Of a stretch of DNA of 64,000 bases, positions 1 to 9,490 are shown in pieces. Source of the stretch: Clostridia bacterium (GTDB lineage: Bacteria > Bacillota > Clostridia > Christensenellales > CAG-138); the NCBI GenBank assembly GCA_017525875.1, contig JAFXSG010000013.1:154-64153 (forward strand), read 5' to 3'. The notes under the pieces are model-generated. The model made no database searches, was not told where the DNA came from, and worked only from the letters and a program-made list of their open reading frames with translations. Every line of letters starts with the position of its first letter. The stretch's first letter is position 1. The position numbers and the translations under genes were made by a program.

Positions 1-1307
1 GTCTCGGCGGCGACGATTTCGACGAGAGGCTGATGAACTACATCGCCGATGAGTTCAAGAAGACCAACGGCGTCGACCTCAGGAACGACCGTATGGCAAA
101 GCAGAGGCTGAAGGAGGCCGCAGAGAAGGCGAAGATCGAGCTTTCCGGCATGGTCACCTCCAACGTCAACCTGCCCTTCATCACGATGGATCCCGCGACC
201 TCCACGCCGATGCACCTCGATATGACCATCACCCGTGCGAAGTTCAACGAGCTGATCTCCGACCTGCTCGATAAGACCAGGGTCTGCGTTGAGCAGGCGC
301 TCCGCGATGCAAAGCTCAAGACCAGCCAGATCGACAAGGTCATCCTCGTCGGCGGTTCTACCCGTGTTCCCGCCGTTCAGGAGCTCGTCAAGAACCTGAC
401 CGGCAAAGAACCCTTCAAGGGCATCAACCCCGATGAGTGCGTTGCAGCCGGCGCTGCGATCCAGGGCGGCGTTCTCGGCGGCGAAGTCAAGGACGTTCTG
501 CTTCTGGACGTCACGCCCCTCAGCCTCGGCATCGAGACCCTCGGCGGCGTGTTCACCAAGCTGATCGACCGCAACACCACCATCCCGACCAAGAAGAGCC
601 AGGTATTCTCCACCGCGGCGGACGGCCAGACCAGCGTTGAGATCCACGTGCTCCAGGGTGAGCGCGAGATGGCGCAGTATAACCACTCCCTCGGCAAGTT
701 CCAGCTCACCGGCATCGCTCCCGCACCCCGCGGCGTACCTCAGATCGAAGTCAGCTTCGATATCGACGCCAACGGCATCGTGCACGTAAGCGCGAAGGAC
801 CTCGGCACCGGCAACCAGCAGAACATCACCATCACCGCATCGAGCAATCTGAGCGAGGCCGATATCGAGCGCGCTGTCAAGGAAGCGGAGCGCTTCGCAT
901 CCGAGGACAAGAAGCGCAAGGAAGAGGTCGAGACCCGCAACCATGCCGACACCCTCGTCTACGAGACCGAGAAGACCATGAAAGAGCTTGGCGACAAGAT
1001 CGCGGACAGCGACAAGGCGAAGATCAACGCCGAGATCGAGAACCTCAAGAACACGTTGAACGGCACCGACAGCGAGGCCATCAAGACCCAGACCGAGAAG
1101 CTGACCGAGGTTTCCTACGAGGTCTTCGGCAAGATCTATCAGCAGGCGCAGCAGACTCAGCAGCAGAGCGGCCAGGGCTTTGACCCGAACATGGCCGGCA
1201 ACTACGGCCCGCAGAGCGGCAGCGAGAGCAAGCATGACGACGGCGTTGTGGATGCCGATTACGAAGTCGTGAACGACGACAACAACAATAACGGCAGCAA
1301 CAACTGA
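1..1307 (+). CDS. dnaK: Molecular chaperone DnaK (Hsp70), 5'-truncated by the window edge (frame begins at nt 3)
   Basis: From nt 3 the frame reads [10 protein letters not shown]. The substrate-binding domain follows ([31 protein letters not shown]), then a Q/N/D-rich tail. TGA stop at 1305-1307; dnaJ follows. Confidence 0.97.
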   Translation, partial: LGGDDFDERLMNYIADEFKKTNGVDLRNDRMAKQRLKEAAEKAKIELSGMVTSNVNLPFITMDPATSTPMHLDMTITRAKFNELISDLLDKTRVCVEQALRDAKLKTSQIDKVILVGGSTRVPAVQELVKNLTGKEPFKGINPDECVAAGAAIQGGVLGGEVKDVLLLDVTPLSLGIETLGGVFTKLIDRNTTIPTKKSQVFSTAADGQTSVEIHVLQGEREMAQYNHSLGKFQLTGIAPAPRGVPQIEVSFDIDANGIVHVSAKDLGTGNQQNITITASSNLSEADIERAVKEAERFASEDKKRKEEVETRNHADTLVYETEKTMKELGDKIADSDKAKINAEIENLKNTLNGTDSEAIKTQTEKLTEVSYEVFGKIYQQAQQTQQQSGQGFDPNMAGNYGPQSGSESKHDDGVVDADYEVVNDDNNNNGSNN

Positions 1308-1351
1308 TCCGGATAAGCGGTACTCCCGCAAATGACCCGAACAACACCTAT

Positions 1352-1375
1352 GGGGTGCGGCGCTGACCGCACCCC
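1352..1375 (+). terminator. GC-rich intercistronic hairpin between dnaK and dnaJ (possible partial terminator/attenuator)
   Basis: ggggtgcgg / ccgcacccc forms a 9-bp stem with a 6-nt loop. Only a short T run (ttt at 1381-1383) follows. Confidence 0.35.
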
Positions 1376-1435
1376 GGCGGTTTGATTGAACCGGTTTTCA
1401 TATGAAATACCGGGAACCGACATGGGGGGATTTCC

Positions 1436-2629
1436 ATGGCAGATAAGAAAGACTATTACGAGGTGCTGGGCGTCAGCAAAACGGCGAGCGACGACGAGAT
1501 AAAGTCCGCCTACCGGAAACTGGCGAAAAAGTACCATCCCGATATGAATCCCGGCGACAAGAACGCGGAAGAGCGGTTCAAGGAAGTGAACGAAGCATAC
1601 GAAGTGCTTGCCGATAAGGACAAGCGCGCCAAGTACGATCAGTTCGGTCACGCCGCGTTCGATCCTTCCGCCGGCGGCGGCTACGGCTACGGCGCGAGCG
1701 GCTTCGGCGGCTTCTCAGGCTTCTCGAGCGGCGGTTTTTCCGGTTCGTTTACCGGGTTTGAAGACATCCTCGGATCCATGTTCGGCGGCGGCTTCGGAGG
1801 CGGTTTCTCCGGCGCGTCATCATCCCGCGCAAACGCCGCGATGCAGGGCGAAGACCTTCGCTACAATATGACGATCACCTTCGAGGAGGCGGCCTTCGGC
1901 TGCAAGAAGGAGATCTCGTACAGGCGAGAAGAAAAATGTTCTGTCTGCGGCGGCACCGGCGCAAAAGCCGGATCGAACGTCAAGACCTGTACGAAGTGCA
2001 AGGGCACCGGCACGATCCGTGTTCAGCAGAACACCGTATTCGGCGCGATGATGAGCACCGCGACCTGTGACGCATGCGGCGGCACGGGCAAGATCATCGA
2101 GCAGCCCTGCGAAACCTGCCACGGCTCGGGCCGCGTCAGCAACGTGATCAAGGTCTCGGTGACGATCCCCGCCGGCATTGACGACGGGCAGACCATCCGC
2201 ATCGGCGGCAAAGGCGGCGCAGGCTATAACGGCGGCCCGGACGGCGACCTGCTCGTTTCGATCCGCGTCAAGAGCCATAAGCAATTCATCCGTGAAGGCT
2301 ACGACCTTTATATCAATATGACCATACCGATCACCACCGCGGTGCTCGGCGGTGAGGTCAAGGTCCCCACGCTGAACGGCGAAGTCAAATACAACATCCC
2401 CGCAGGCACCCAGAGCGGAACGACCTTCCGGCTGCGTGAGCAGGGCATCCAGAGGCTGCACCAGAGCACCAAGGGCGATTTGTACGTCAACGTCACCGTC
2501 GAGATACCCAAACGCCTTACCGATGAACAGCGCAGGCTGTTTGAAGAGCTTGCCGTCACTTTCGGCACGACTCATCCGGACGGCGGCTCGATCTTCTCAA
2601 AGATCAAAAAAGGTAAGAAAAAAAGCTGA
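1436..2629 (+). CDS. dnaJ: Co-chaperone DnaJ
   Basis: J domain with the HPD motif (KKYHPDMNP), a G/F-rich linker and four CxxCxGxG zinc-finger repeats ([32 protein letters not shown]). Confidence 0.97.
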   Translation: MADKKDYYEVLGVSKTASDDEIKSAYRKLAKKYHPDMNPGDKNAEERFKEVNEAYEVLADKDKRAKYDQFGHAAFDPSAGGGYGYGASGFGGFSGFSSGGFSGSFTGFEDILGSMFGGGFGGGFSGASSSRANAAMQGEDLRYNMTITFEEAAFGCKKEISYRREEKCSVCGGTGAKAGSNVKTCTKCKGTGTIRVQQNTVFGAMMSTATCDACGGTGKIIEQPCETCHGSGRVSNVIKVSVTIPAGIDDGQTIRIGGKGGAGYNGGPDGDLLVSIRVKSHKQFIREGYDLYINMTIPITTAVLGGEVKVPTLNGEVKYNIPAGTQSGTTFRLREQGIQRLHQSTKGDLYVNVTVEIPKRLTDEQRRLFEELAVTFGTTHPDGGSIFSKIKKGKKKS

Positions 2630-2634
2630 TTTTT

Positions 2635-2660
2635 AAGGGAACGGACGAACACGTTCCCTT
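2635..2660 (+). terminator. Putative terminator hairpin after dnaJ
   Basis: aagggaacg / cgttccctt forms a 9-bp stem directly after the dnaJ stop. The T tract is weak. Confidence 0.45.
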
Positions 2661-2708
2661 CTGTTATCTCATGAAAGGGGGCTGTCGGACGACCGTCCGA
2701 CTGAAATT

Positions 2709-3404
2709 ATGGAGACCAAAAGACCTAAGATCGGCATGGTCGTCGCCGTCGAGATAGGCGCGGTCGTAAGCAAATACGGCGGCGCGCTCGAGGTCGTTCC
2801 CGCAAGGGGCTTCGACGTGCGAAAGCACAGCGCCGAAAAGTACGATCTTTATATCATCAACAGCGGAGCGGGTGAGATCGCCTCTGCCTCCGCCGCGCAG
2901 TATCTCATCTCCGCGATCGGCGTCGATATGATCGTCAACTTCGGCGTCGTCGGCGGTCTGACGCCGGAGATGACCGTAGCGAAGCTCGCCGTCGTTACAA
3001 GCGTCGTGCATTATGATTACGATATCTCGGAGTATCTCGGCTATCCCAAGGCGCAGTACGCTCAGTATGGCAGCATGTTCATTCCCGCTACGAAAGCGCT
3101 TTATGAAGCCGCTATGCGTGCGGAACCGGAGCTCAAGCCCGTAGTCTGCGCCTCGGGCGATAAGTTCATCGGCGATCCCGCCCGCAAGTCGGCGCTCCAC
3201 GATGAGTTCGGCGCCGATATCTGCGAAATGGAAGCCGCCGGCATCGTACTTACGGCTAACCGCAGCGGCGTTCCGTGCCTGCTTATTAAAGCCGTTTCGG
3301 ATTCCATGGGAGGCGGTGCAGAGGAGTTTGCCAGGGAGTTCGAGCGCTGCGCCGAGATCTGCCTTGAGACCGTTGCCAAGGTCATAAATGCCGGTATCGA
3401 ATAG
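2709..3404 (+). CDS. PNP_UDP_1 family nucleosidase, MTA/SAH nucleosidase (MtnN)-like
   Basis: Layout resembles MtnN/Pfs: IGMVVAVEIG, NSGAGEIASA, ASGDKFIGDP, ICEMEAAGI, KAVSDS. There is no clear SD at the 2709 ATG, so the start is uncertain. TAG stop. Confidence 0.7.
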   Translation: METKRPKIGMVVAVEIGAVVSKYGGALEVVPARGFDVRKHSAEKYDLYIINSGAGEIASASAAQYLISAIGVDMIVNFGVVGGLTPEMTVAKLAVVTSVVHYDYDISEYLGYPKAQYAQYGSMFIPATKALYEAAMRAEPELKPVVCASGDKFIGDPARKSALHDEFGADICEMEAAGIVLTANRSGVPCLLIKAVSDSMGGGAEEFAREFERCAEICLETVAKVINAGIE

Positions 3405-3472
3405 TTTTTGTTCATTTTTTATCGGATCCGTTCTCTTTTCGGGAGCGGGTCTTCTTTTTTTCACAAAAGGTA

Positions 3473-3501
3473 TTGACAAATCCGGGAGGCAGTATTACAA
3501 T
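3473..3501 (+). promoter_or_regulatory. Sigma-A type promoter of the metal-resistance operon
   Basis: ttgaca (3473-3478), 17-nt spacer, tacaat (3496-3501). Confidence 0.6.
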
Positions 3502-3527
3502 AACAATTGAACAATCGTTCAATTGTT
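3502..3527. promoter_or_regulatory. Perfect 11-4-11 inverted repeat, candidate ArsR/SmtB operator
   Basis: aacaattgaac-aatc-gttcaattgtt lies immediately downstream of the -10 box and upstream of the ArsR-family gene. Confidence 0.6.
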
Positions 3528-3544
3528 TGCAAAGGAGTTGTGTT

Positions 3545-3901
3545 ATGGGTATAACAGTACCGCATTGCGATAATATCGAGGCTCACGAGGAAATAGTCGA
3601 AAAGGTGAAGGATCAGCTTCCCGACGAGGAGCTTCTCTATGACCTTGCGGAGCTTTTTAAGGTCTTCGGCGACAGCACGAGGATCAAGATACTGTACCTG
3701 CTGTTTGAAAGCGAGATGTGCGTGTGCGATATCGCTCAGCTTCTCAATATGACGATCTCGGCGATCTCACATCAGCTCAGAGTGCTCAAGCAGTCCCAGC
3801 TCGTTCGTTTCCGCAGGGAAGGGAAGACGGTCTATTACTCCCTTGCCGACGATCACGTCCGTTCGATCCTCGCACAGGGCATGGATCACGTCTGCGAATA
3901 A
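3545..3901 (+). CDS. ArsR/SmtB family metal-sensing transcriptional repressor (CadC/CzrA-like)
   Basis: Winged-helix core LFKVFGDSTRIKILYLL...CVCDIAQLLNMTISAISHQLRVLKQSQLV...GKTVYYSL. ATG 3545 is preceded by aaggag; the track start 3473 lies inside the promoter. Confidence 0.9.
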   Translation: MGITVPHCDNIEAHEEIVEKVKDQLPDEELLYDLAELFKVFGDSTRIKILYLLFESEMCVCDIAQLLNMTISAISHQLRVLKQSQLVRFRREGKTVYYSLADDHVRSILAQGMDHVCE

Positions 3902-4001
3902 ATGCGGAAGCAGGGTCTCGCACGCACTTTTGTGCACTTGGCGCGTACTGCGCGTCAACGCTGCATGCAAAACCGGCAAAACTGCCAGAAAGGTCAAGAC
4001 T

Positions 4002-4220
4002 ATGAAGAAGACTTATAAAATTACCGGCGTCGACTGCGCGAACTGCGCCGCCAAGATGGAACAGCAGATCTCAAAGATCGACGGCGTCAACTCCTGCAGT
4101 CTGAGCTTCGTGCTTCAAAAGCTCACTCTCGACTGCGAGCCGGAAAAACTGGGCGACGTCCTCGGAGCGGCTTCATCCATCGTCAAAAAGATCGATCGGG
4201 GCGCAAAGATCCTCTACTGA
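4002..4220 (+). CDS. Stand-alone heavy-metal-associated (HMA) domain protein
   Basis: MKKTYKITGVDCANCAAKMEQ carries the CxxC metal-binding motif in a ferredoxin-like HMA layout. It ends at TGA 4218-4220, in frame with the ATPase that starts 3 nt later. Confidence 0.8.
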   Translation: MKKTYKITGVDCANCAAKMEQQISKIDGVNSCSLSFVLQKLTLDCEPEKLGDVLGAASSIVKKIDRGAKILY

Positions 4221-4223
4221 GCT

Positions 4224-6089
4224 ATGAGCGAGCGTAAAAGAGAACTGATCGCAATAATAATCGGGGCCGTCCTGCTTGCCGGAGCGGCGCTTGCCGTGCA
4301 TCTTTTGCCCGATCTGCCGTGGTACGCAAAGCTTCTGATCTACGCCGTGCCTTATCTCGTGCTCGGGATCCCGATCATCATCGACGCGGTGCACGGTCTG
4401 ATCGGCGGCGAGTTCCTGGACGAAAACTTCCTCATGACCGTCGCATCGATCGGTGCGCTTGCGATCGGCGAGGGCTTCGAGGGAGTGCTCGTAATGCTGC
4501 TCTACCGCATCGGTGAGCTTTTGCAGCAGATCTCCGTGGGAAAAAGCAGGGATGCGGTCGCTTCGCTCATGGATATCTGCCCCGATACTGTCAACCTTGA
4601 AACAGAGAACGGCGTCGTTGAGACCGATCCCGAAAGCGTACACACAGGCGACGTCTTCATCGTCCGTCCCGGCGAGCGTATCCCGATAGACGGCGTGATC
4701 ATCGAAGGCAGCTCCGGCCTCAATACAGCTGCGCTGACCGGAGAATCGCTTCCCGTTGACGTTTCCGCAGGTGACTGCGTGTCCTCCGGCTGTATATCTA
4801 CGAACGGCATGCTCAGGATCAAAGCCACCTGCGAATACGGGGATTCGACCGTCGCAAGGATGCTCGAGCTTATCGAAGGCGCCGCTGCGAACAAGGCAAA
4901 AAGTGAGAAATTCATTACCAAATTCGCACGCGTATATACGCCCGTGGTCTGCACTCTCGCCTTGATCCTCGCGATCATACCTCCGCTCTTTTTCGGCGGG
5001 GAATGGAAGGACTGGATCTACCGCGCGCTGAACTTTCTCGTCATTTCCTGCCCCTGTGCGCTCGTGATCTCCGTTCCGCTGACCTTTTTCGGCGGCATCG
5101 GCGGCGCGAGCAAAAAGGGCGTCCTCGTCAAGGGCTCGAACTGCCTGGAAAGCCTTGCTAAATGCGGCACGGTCGTTTTCGATAAGACCGGCACGCTCAC
5201 TCTCGGCAGCTTCCGGCTGACCGGCATCGCAGCGGAAGGCGGAATGACCGGGGACGAGCTCCTTCGCGCAGCGTCGGCAGCCGAGAGCCTTTCGACGCAC
5301 CCGATCGCGCTCTGCATCACAAAGGCGTTCCGCGACAGATTCAGCGAAGAGATCCCCGCTCCGGAGTCCGTCCGCGAGATCGCGGGGCAGGGTATAAGCG
5401 CAGTGCTGTCCGGCCGTGAGATCTCCGCCGGTAACATCCGGCTTATGAACTCGCTCGGCATCGTTCTCGACGATCCGCAGTTTCCCGGCACTGTCGTCCA
5501 CGTTGCGGTCAACAAAAAATACTGCGGTTATCTGATGATAGAGGACGAGATCAAGGAAGGCACAGCTGGTACGATCAGTTCGCTCCGCAGCGAGTTCGGC
5601 GTTCGCAGCGTGATGCTGACCGGCGATCGCGAGAGCATCGGAAGGCACATTGCCAATGAGATCGGGCTCGACGAAGTCCACGCGGATCTTCTTCCCGAGA
5701 ACAAGGTCGAACTGCTTGAAAGCATAATAAACGACTGTCAGAAAGGCAAAACCACCGCTTACGTCGGCGACGGCATAAACGACGCGCCGGTCATCGCCCG
5801 GGCGGACGTCGGCTTCGCGATGGGCGGGCTCGGCAGCGACGCCGCGATCGAGGCTGCGGATATCGTGCTGATGGACGACCGCATCGAAAAGGTCCCGCTC
5901 GCGATCCGTATCGCAAAGCGCACCGTCCGCATAGCGACGGAGAACATCGTTTTCGCGCTCGCGGTAAAGCTCATCGTGCTCATTCTCGGCGCGCTCGGCT
6001 ATGCGGAGATGTGGATGGCGATAATCGCGGACGTTGGCGTGTGCCTCGTTGCAGTGCTAAACGCGATGCGGGCCATGAGGATCATATAA
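4224..6089 (+). CDS. Heavy-metal translocating P1B-type ATPase (Cd/Zn/Co type, CadA/ZntA-like), lacking its own N-terminal HMA domain
   Basis: Motifs TGES (LTGESLP), the CPC transmembrane motif (ISCPCALVIS), DKTGTLT, HP (STHPIA) and GDGINDAP. Confidence 0.95.
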   Translation: MSERKRELIAIIIGAVLLAGAALAVHLLPDLPWYAKLLIYAVPYLVLGIPIIIDAVHGLIGGEFLDENFLMTVASIGALAIGEGFEGVLVMLLYRIGELLQQISVGKSRDAVASLMDICPDTVNLETENGVVETDPESVHTGDVFIVRPGERIPIDGVIIEGSSGLNTAALTGESLPVDVSAGDCVSSGCISTNGMLRIKATCEYGDSTVARMLELIEGAAANKAKSEKFITKFARVYTPVVCTLALILAIIPPLFFGGEWKDWIYRALNFLVISCPCALVISVPLTFFGGIGGASKKGVLVKGSNCLESLAKCGTVVFDKTGTLTLGSFRLTGIAAEGGMTGDELLRAASAAESLSTHPIALCITKAFRDRFSEEIPAPESVREIAGQGISAVLSGREISAGNIRLMNSLGIVLDDPQFPGTVVHVAVNKKYCGYLMIEDEIKEGTAGTISSLRSEFGVRSVMLTGDRESIGRHIANEIGLDEVHADLLPENKVELLESIINDCQKGKTTAYVGDGINDAPVIARADVGFAMGGLGSDAAIEAADIVLMDDRIEKVPLAIRIAKRTVRIATENIVFALAVKLIVLILGALGYAEMWMAIIADVGVCLVAVLNAMRAMRII

Positions 6090-6103
6090 CTTCATAACTT
6101 AAC

Positions 6104-6131
6104 CGGAGGGACGTGCGCATCCCTCCGTTTT
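6104..6131 (+). terminator. Rho-independent terminator after the ATPase gene
   Basis: cggaggga / tccctccg stem followed by tttt. Confidence 0.6.
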
Positions 6132-6170
6132 CATATATTCGCACAATGCTCCGAAATGTATCAAAAAGGT

Positions 6171-6199
6171 TTGCAAAACAGGTGTATTGATGATATAAT
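6171..6199 (+). promoter_or_regulatory. Putative promoter of the acyl-CoA dehydrogenase/etf operon
   Basis: ttgcaa, 17-nt spacer, tataat, with an extended -10 TGn (tga tataat). Confidence 0.5.
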
Positions 6200-6261
6200 A
6201 ATGATGCTTGCATATACTCAAAAACTATGCTTGAATTGCAGCATGATCGAAAGGAGTAAAT

Positions 6262-7401
6262 ATGGATTTCAAACTTTCCGCGCAGCAGGAGCTCATGCAG
6301 CAGCTCATGCGCAGCTTCGCAGAAACCGAAGTCAAACCCCTCGCGGCAGAGATCGATGAGACCGAGCAGTATCCCCGCGCGACCGTCAACAAGATGGCCA
6401 AAAACGGCATGCTCGGCATCAACATCCCCGCCGAGTACGGCGGAGCAGGCGCAGATTCACTGAGCTACGTCATCGCTATCGAGGAGCTTGCAAAGGTTTG
6501 CGCAACCACCGCTATCATCATGAGCGCTCACACTTCGCTCGCCTGCGGTCCTCTCCTTGCATTCGGCACCGAAGAACAGAAGCAGAAATACCTCGTTCCC
6601 CTCGCAAAGGGAGAAAAGATCGGCGCTTTCGGTCTCACCGAGCCCAACGCCGGCACCGACTCCGCCGCGCAGCAGACCACCGCTGTGCTCGAGGGCGACC
6701 ACTTCGTTCTGAACGGCAGCAAGTGCTTCATCACCAACGGCGGTCAGGCAGACGTTTACATTATCTTCGCCATGACGGACAAGTCCAAGGGCAACAGGGG
6801 CATCTCCGCTTTCATCGTTGAAAAGGATTTCCCCGGCTTCTCCATCGGCAAGATCGAGCACAAGCTCGGCATCCGCGCAAGCGCCACCACCGAGCTGATC
6901 TTCGAAGACTGCATCGTTCCCAAGGAGAACCTCCTCGGCGAGATGAACAAAGGCTTCAAGATCGCGATGCACACCCTTGACGGCGGCCGTGTCGGCGTTG
7001 CCGCTCAGGCGCTCGGCATCGCGGAAGGCGCGTTCAACGAGACCATCAAATACATGAAGGAGCGTGCTCAGTTCGGTAAGCCTCTCGCGCAGTTCCAGGG
7101 CCTCCAGTGGATGGTCGCGGATATGAAGTGCGATATCGAATCCGCAAAGCTGCTGCTGTACCGCGCCGCGATGGCGAAAGACAGCGGCAAGCCCTTCTCA
7201 ATGGATGCCGCAATGGCCAAGCTCCGCTGCGCGGAGACCGCGATGAGCGTCACCACCAAGTGCGTCCAGCTCCACGGCGGCTACGGTTACAGCCGTGAGT
7301 ATCCCCTTGAGCGCATGATGCGCGACGCAAAGATCACCGAGATCTACGAAGGCACCTCTCAGGTCCAGAAGATGGTCATCTCGGGCCAGATTTTCAAATA
7401 A
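6262..7401 (+). CDS. bcd: Short-chain acyl-CoA dehydrogenase (butyryl-CoA dehydrogenase-like)
   Basis: Full-length ACAD: GAFGLTEPNAGTDS, the YPLERMMRDAKITEIYEGTSQVQ C-terminal signature with the catalytic Glu. etfB/etfA follow. Confidence 0.93.
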   Translation: MDFKLSAQQELMQQLMRSFAETEVKPLAAEIDETEQYPRATVNKMAKNGMLGINIPAEYGGAGADSLSYVIAIEELAKVCATTAIIMSAHTSLACGPLLAFGTEEQKQKYLVPLAKGEKIGAFGLTEPNAGTDSAAQQTTAVLEGDHFVLNGSKCFITNGGQADVYIIFAMTDKSKGNRGISAFIVEKDFPGFSIGKIEHKLGIRASATTELIFEDCIVPKENLLGEMNKGFKIAMHTLDGGRVGVAAQALGIAEGAFNETIKYMKERAQFGKPLAQFQGLQWMVADMKCDIESAKLLLYRAAMAKDSGKPFSMDAAMAKLRCAETAMSVTTKCVQLHGGYGYSREYPLERMMRDAKITEIYEGTSQVQKMVISGQIFK

Positions 7402-7416
7402 TCGGAGGAACTCACA

Positions 7417-8202
7417 ATGAAGATTATCGTTTGCATAAAGCAGGTTCCGGATACCACAGAAGTCAAGCTCGACCCCAAGACCGGCCGCCTCATCCGCGAC
7501 GGCGTTCCATCCATCATCAATCCCGATGACAAGAACGCCCTCGAGGAAGCGCTCCGCATCAGGGACGAGCATGAAGGCACCACCGTCACCGTCGTTTCCA
7601 TGGGTCCTCCGCAGGCTGACGTCGCCATGCGCGAAGCGCTCGCCATGGGCGCCGATGAAGCTATCCTCATCAGCGGCAGGGAGTTCGGCGGCAGCGACAC
7701 CTGGGCCACCAGCTACATCATCGCGACCGCGCTCAAAAAGATCGGTGATTTCGACATCATCCTCTGCGGCCGCCAGGCGATTGACGGCGATACCGCCCAG
7801 GTCGGTCCCCAGATTGCGGAGCAGCTCGGCATTCCCCAGATCACCTACGTACAGAAGCTCACCATCGACGGCAATAAGGTCATCTGCGAGCGTGCGCTCG
7901 AGGACGGCTACACCGTTGTTGAGGCGAATATGCCCGTGCTGCTGACCGCTATCAAGGAGCTCAACACTCCGCGTTATATGACCCCGAAGGGCATCTACGA
8001 CGCGTATAAGCAGACCGTCCGGGTCTGGGGCTTCAAGGACGTTCCCGTCGACGAAGCAAAGATCGGCCTCAAGGGTTCGCCCACCAACGTCAACAAGACC
8101 TTCAGCCCCGCTCCCAAGGGCCAGGGCGAAATACTTGAAGGTGCGGATAAGAACACCGTCAAGACCCTTGTTGATAAACTCGTAGAAAAGCATCTGCTGT
8201 AA
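7417..8202 (+). CDS. etfB: Electron transfer flavoprotein beta subunit
   Basis: MKIIVCIKQVPDTTEVKLDP, and GADEAILISG...GSDTWATS, typical of EtfB. Confidence 0.95.
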   Translation: MKIIVCIKQVPDTTEVKLDPKTGRLIRDGVPSIINPDDKNALEEALRIRDEHEGTTVTVVSMGPPQADVAMREALAMGADEAILISGREFGGSDTWATSYIIATALKKIGDFDIILCGRQAIDGDTAQVGPQIAEQLGIPQITYVQKLTIDGNKVICERALEDGYTVVEANMPVLLTAIKELNTPRYMTPKGIYDAYKQTVRVWGFKDVPVDEAKIGLKGSPTNVNKTFSPAPKGQGEILEGADKNTVKTLVDKLVEKHLL

Positions 8203-8214
8203 GGGGAGGTAAAT

Positions 8215-9399
8215 ATGGTTAAGGTTAACAGCGAAAAATGTATCGGCTGCGGCGTATGCGAAGCCTCCTGCCCGGTTGGTGCGATCACGGTTTCCGGCAC
8301 TGCCAAGATAGATTATGATACCTGCATCGGCTGCGGCGCTTGCGCGGGCAACTGCCCCTGCGAAGCCATCGATGCTGACGCCGTTGAAAAGGACGAGCCC
8401 GATATCACCGATTACAAAGGTGTTTGGGTGTTCGCGGAACAGCGCGAAGGCAAGCTTATGCCCACCGTTTTCGAGCTCCTCGGCGAAGGCCGCAAGCTTG
8501 CTAACGATCTCGGCGTTGAGCTTTCCGCTCTGCTCCTCGGCGACAACGTAGAAAACCTTTGCGATGAGCTCGGCGCATACGGCGCGGACCGCGTCGTGCT
8601 GGCCGAGAGCGCACTCCTCAAGGACTACAACACCGAGGCGTATGCCAAGGTAATCTGCGACCTCGTTCACGAGCGCCGTCCCGAGATCATCCTTATCGGC
8701 GCAACGAATATCGGCCGTGACCTCGCTCCGCGTCTCTCCGCAAGGCTTTACACTGGCCTGACTGCGGACTGCACCGGTCTTGCGATCGATCCCGAGACCC
8801 GAGGCATCCTCCAGACCCGTCCCGCGTTCGGCGGCAACGTCATGGCGACCATCGTCACCCCGAATCATCGCCCGCAGATGAGCACCGTCCGTCCCGGCGT
8901 CATGAAGAAGGCTGCATACGATCCCGCGCATAAGGCGATCGTCGATCACGCAAAGTTCGATCTTGCTGAGAGCGATATCCACACCAGAGTCATCGAGACC
9001 GTCAAGGCAATGAAGCAGGTCGTCAACCTCGTTGAGGCGGACGTCATCGTTTCCGGCGGCCGCGGCGTTGGCAGCAAGGAAGGCTTCAAGCTCATCGAGG
9101 AGCTGGCCGAGGTCATGGGCGGCGTCGTCGGCGCAAGCCGTGCGGCAGTCGAAGCCGGTTATATCGACGCCGATCATCAGGTCGGTCAGACCGGTAAGAC
9201 CGTTCGCCCGAAGATCTACGTCGCGTGCGGCATCTCCGGCGCCATCCAGCACCGCGCAGGCATGGAGAAGAGCGAATGCATCATCGCGATCAACAAGAAT
9301 CCCGATGCTCCGATCTTCACCGTTGCCGACTACGGCATCGTAGGCGACCTGCACAAGGTCATCCCGATGCTGATCGAAGAGCTCAAATCCCGCGCATGA
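8215..9399 (+). CDS. etfA: Electron transfer flavoprotein alpha subunit with an N-terminal 2x[4Fe-4S] ferredoxin domain
   Basis: The N-terminal ~60 aa carry two CxxCxxCxxxCP motifs ([24 protein letters not shown]). A canonical EtfA follows ([54 protein letters not shown]). Confidence 0.93.
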   Translation: MVKVNSEKCIGCGVCEASCPVGAITVSGTAKIDYDTCIGCGACAGNCPCEAIDADAVEKDEPDITDYKGVWVFAEQREGKLMPTVFELLGEGRKLANDLGVELSALLLGDNVENLCDELGAYGADRVVLAESALLKDYNTEAYAKVICDLVHERRPEIILIGATNIGRDLAPRLSARLYTGLTADCTGLAIDPETRGILQTRPAFGGNVMATIVTPNHRPQMSTVRPGVMKKAAYDPAHKAIVDHAKFDLAESDIHTRVIETVKAMKQVVNLVEADVIVSGGRGVGSKEGFKLIEELAEVMGGVVGASRAAVEAGYIDADHQVGQTGKTVRPKIYVACGISGAIQHRAGMEKSECIIAINKNPDAPIFTVADYGIVGDLHKVIPMLIEELKSRA

Positions 9400-9412
9400 T
9401 TTGACCCATCCG

Positions 9413-9448
9413 GACCGCTCAGGGTATTTGCCTTTGAGCGGTCTTTTT
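9413..9448 (+). terminator. Rho-independent terminator after etfA
   Basis: gaccgctca / tgagcggtc forms a 9-bp stem followed by ttttt. Confidence 0.7.
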
Positions 9449-9490
9449 GTTGCCAAAGTTTTTTTCATGCGTTATAATTATTGAAGGAAT

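Noticed and set aside
2671-2757. A short out-of-frame ORF and an 8-bp hairpin (gtcggacg/cgtccgac, 2684-2701) between an SD-like gaaaggggg and the MtnN-like start.
   Set aside because: The 28-codon ORF has no support. The hairpin could be part of the dnaJ terminator region. There is too little evidence for a leader peptide or a split-RBS mechanism.
4218-4220. The in-frame TGA (HMA/ATPase) and the in-frame TAG (lepA, 17922-17924) read as selenocysteine/pyrrolysine or as a reassigned genetic code.
   Set aside because: TGA and TAG both terminate other well-defined genes in this window (dnaK, dnaJ and etfA use TGA; the MtnN-like and MBL genes use TAG). I saw no SECIS-like hairpin directly downstream of the TGA. 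Neither position is a known Sec/Pyl site. They are kept as findings only as a nonsense, readthrough or error question.
6200-6261. A possible Rex-type redox operator upstream of bcd (repeated atgcttg and a weak dyad atgct...agcat).
   Set aside because: There is no match to the TTGTGAA/TTCACAA-type dyad. The stem is only 5 bp.
7198-9468. A 756-aa ORF on the minus strand spanning the end of bcd, etfB and etfA.
   Set aside because: It is exactly antisense to three genes with unmistakable family motifs. Its translation is low-complexity (A/G/D/R/L/V-rich) with no recognisable domain and no SD. This is the typical stop-codon-poor mirror frame of GC3-rich coding DNA.
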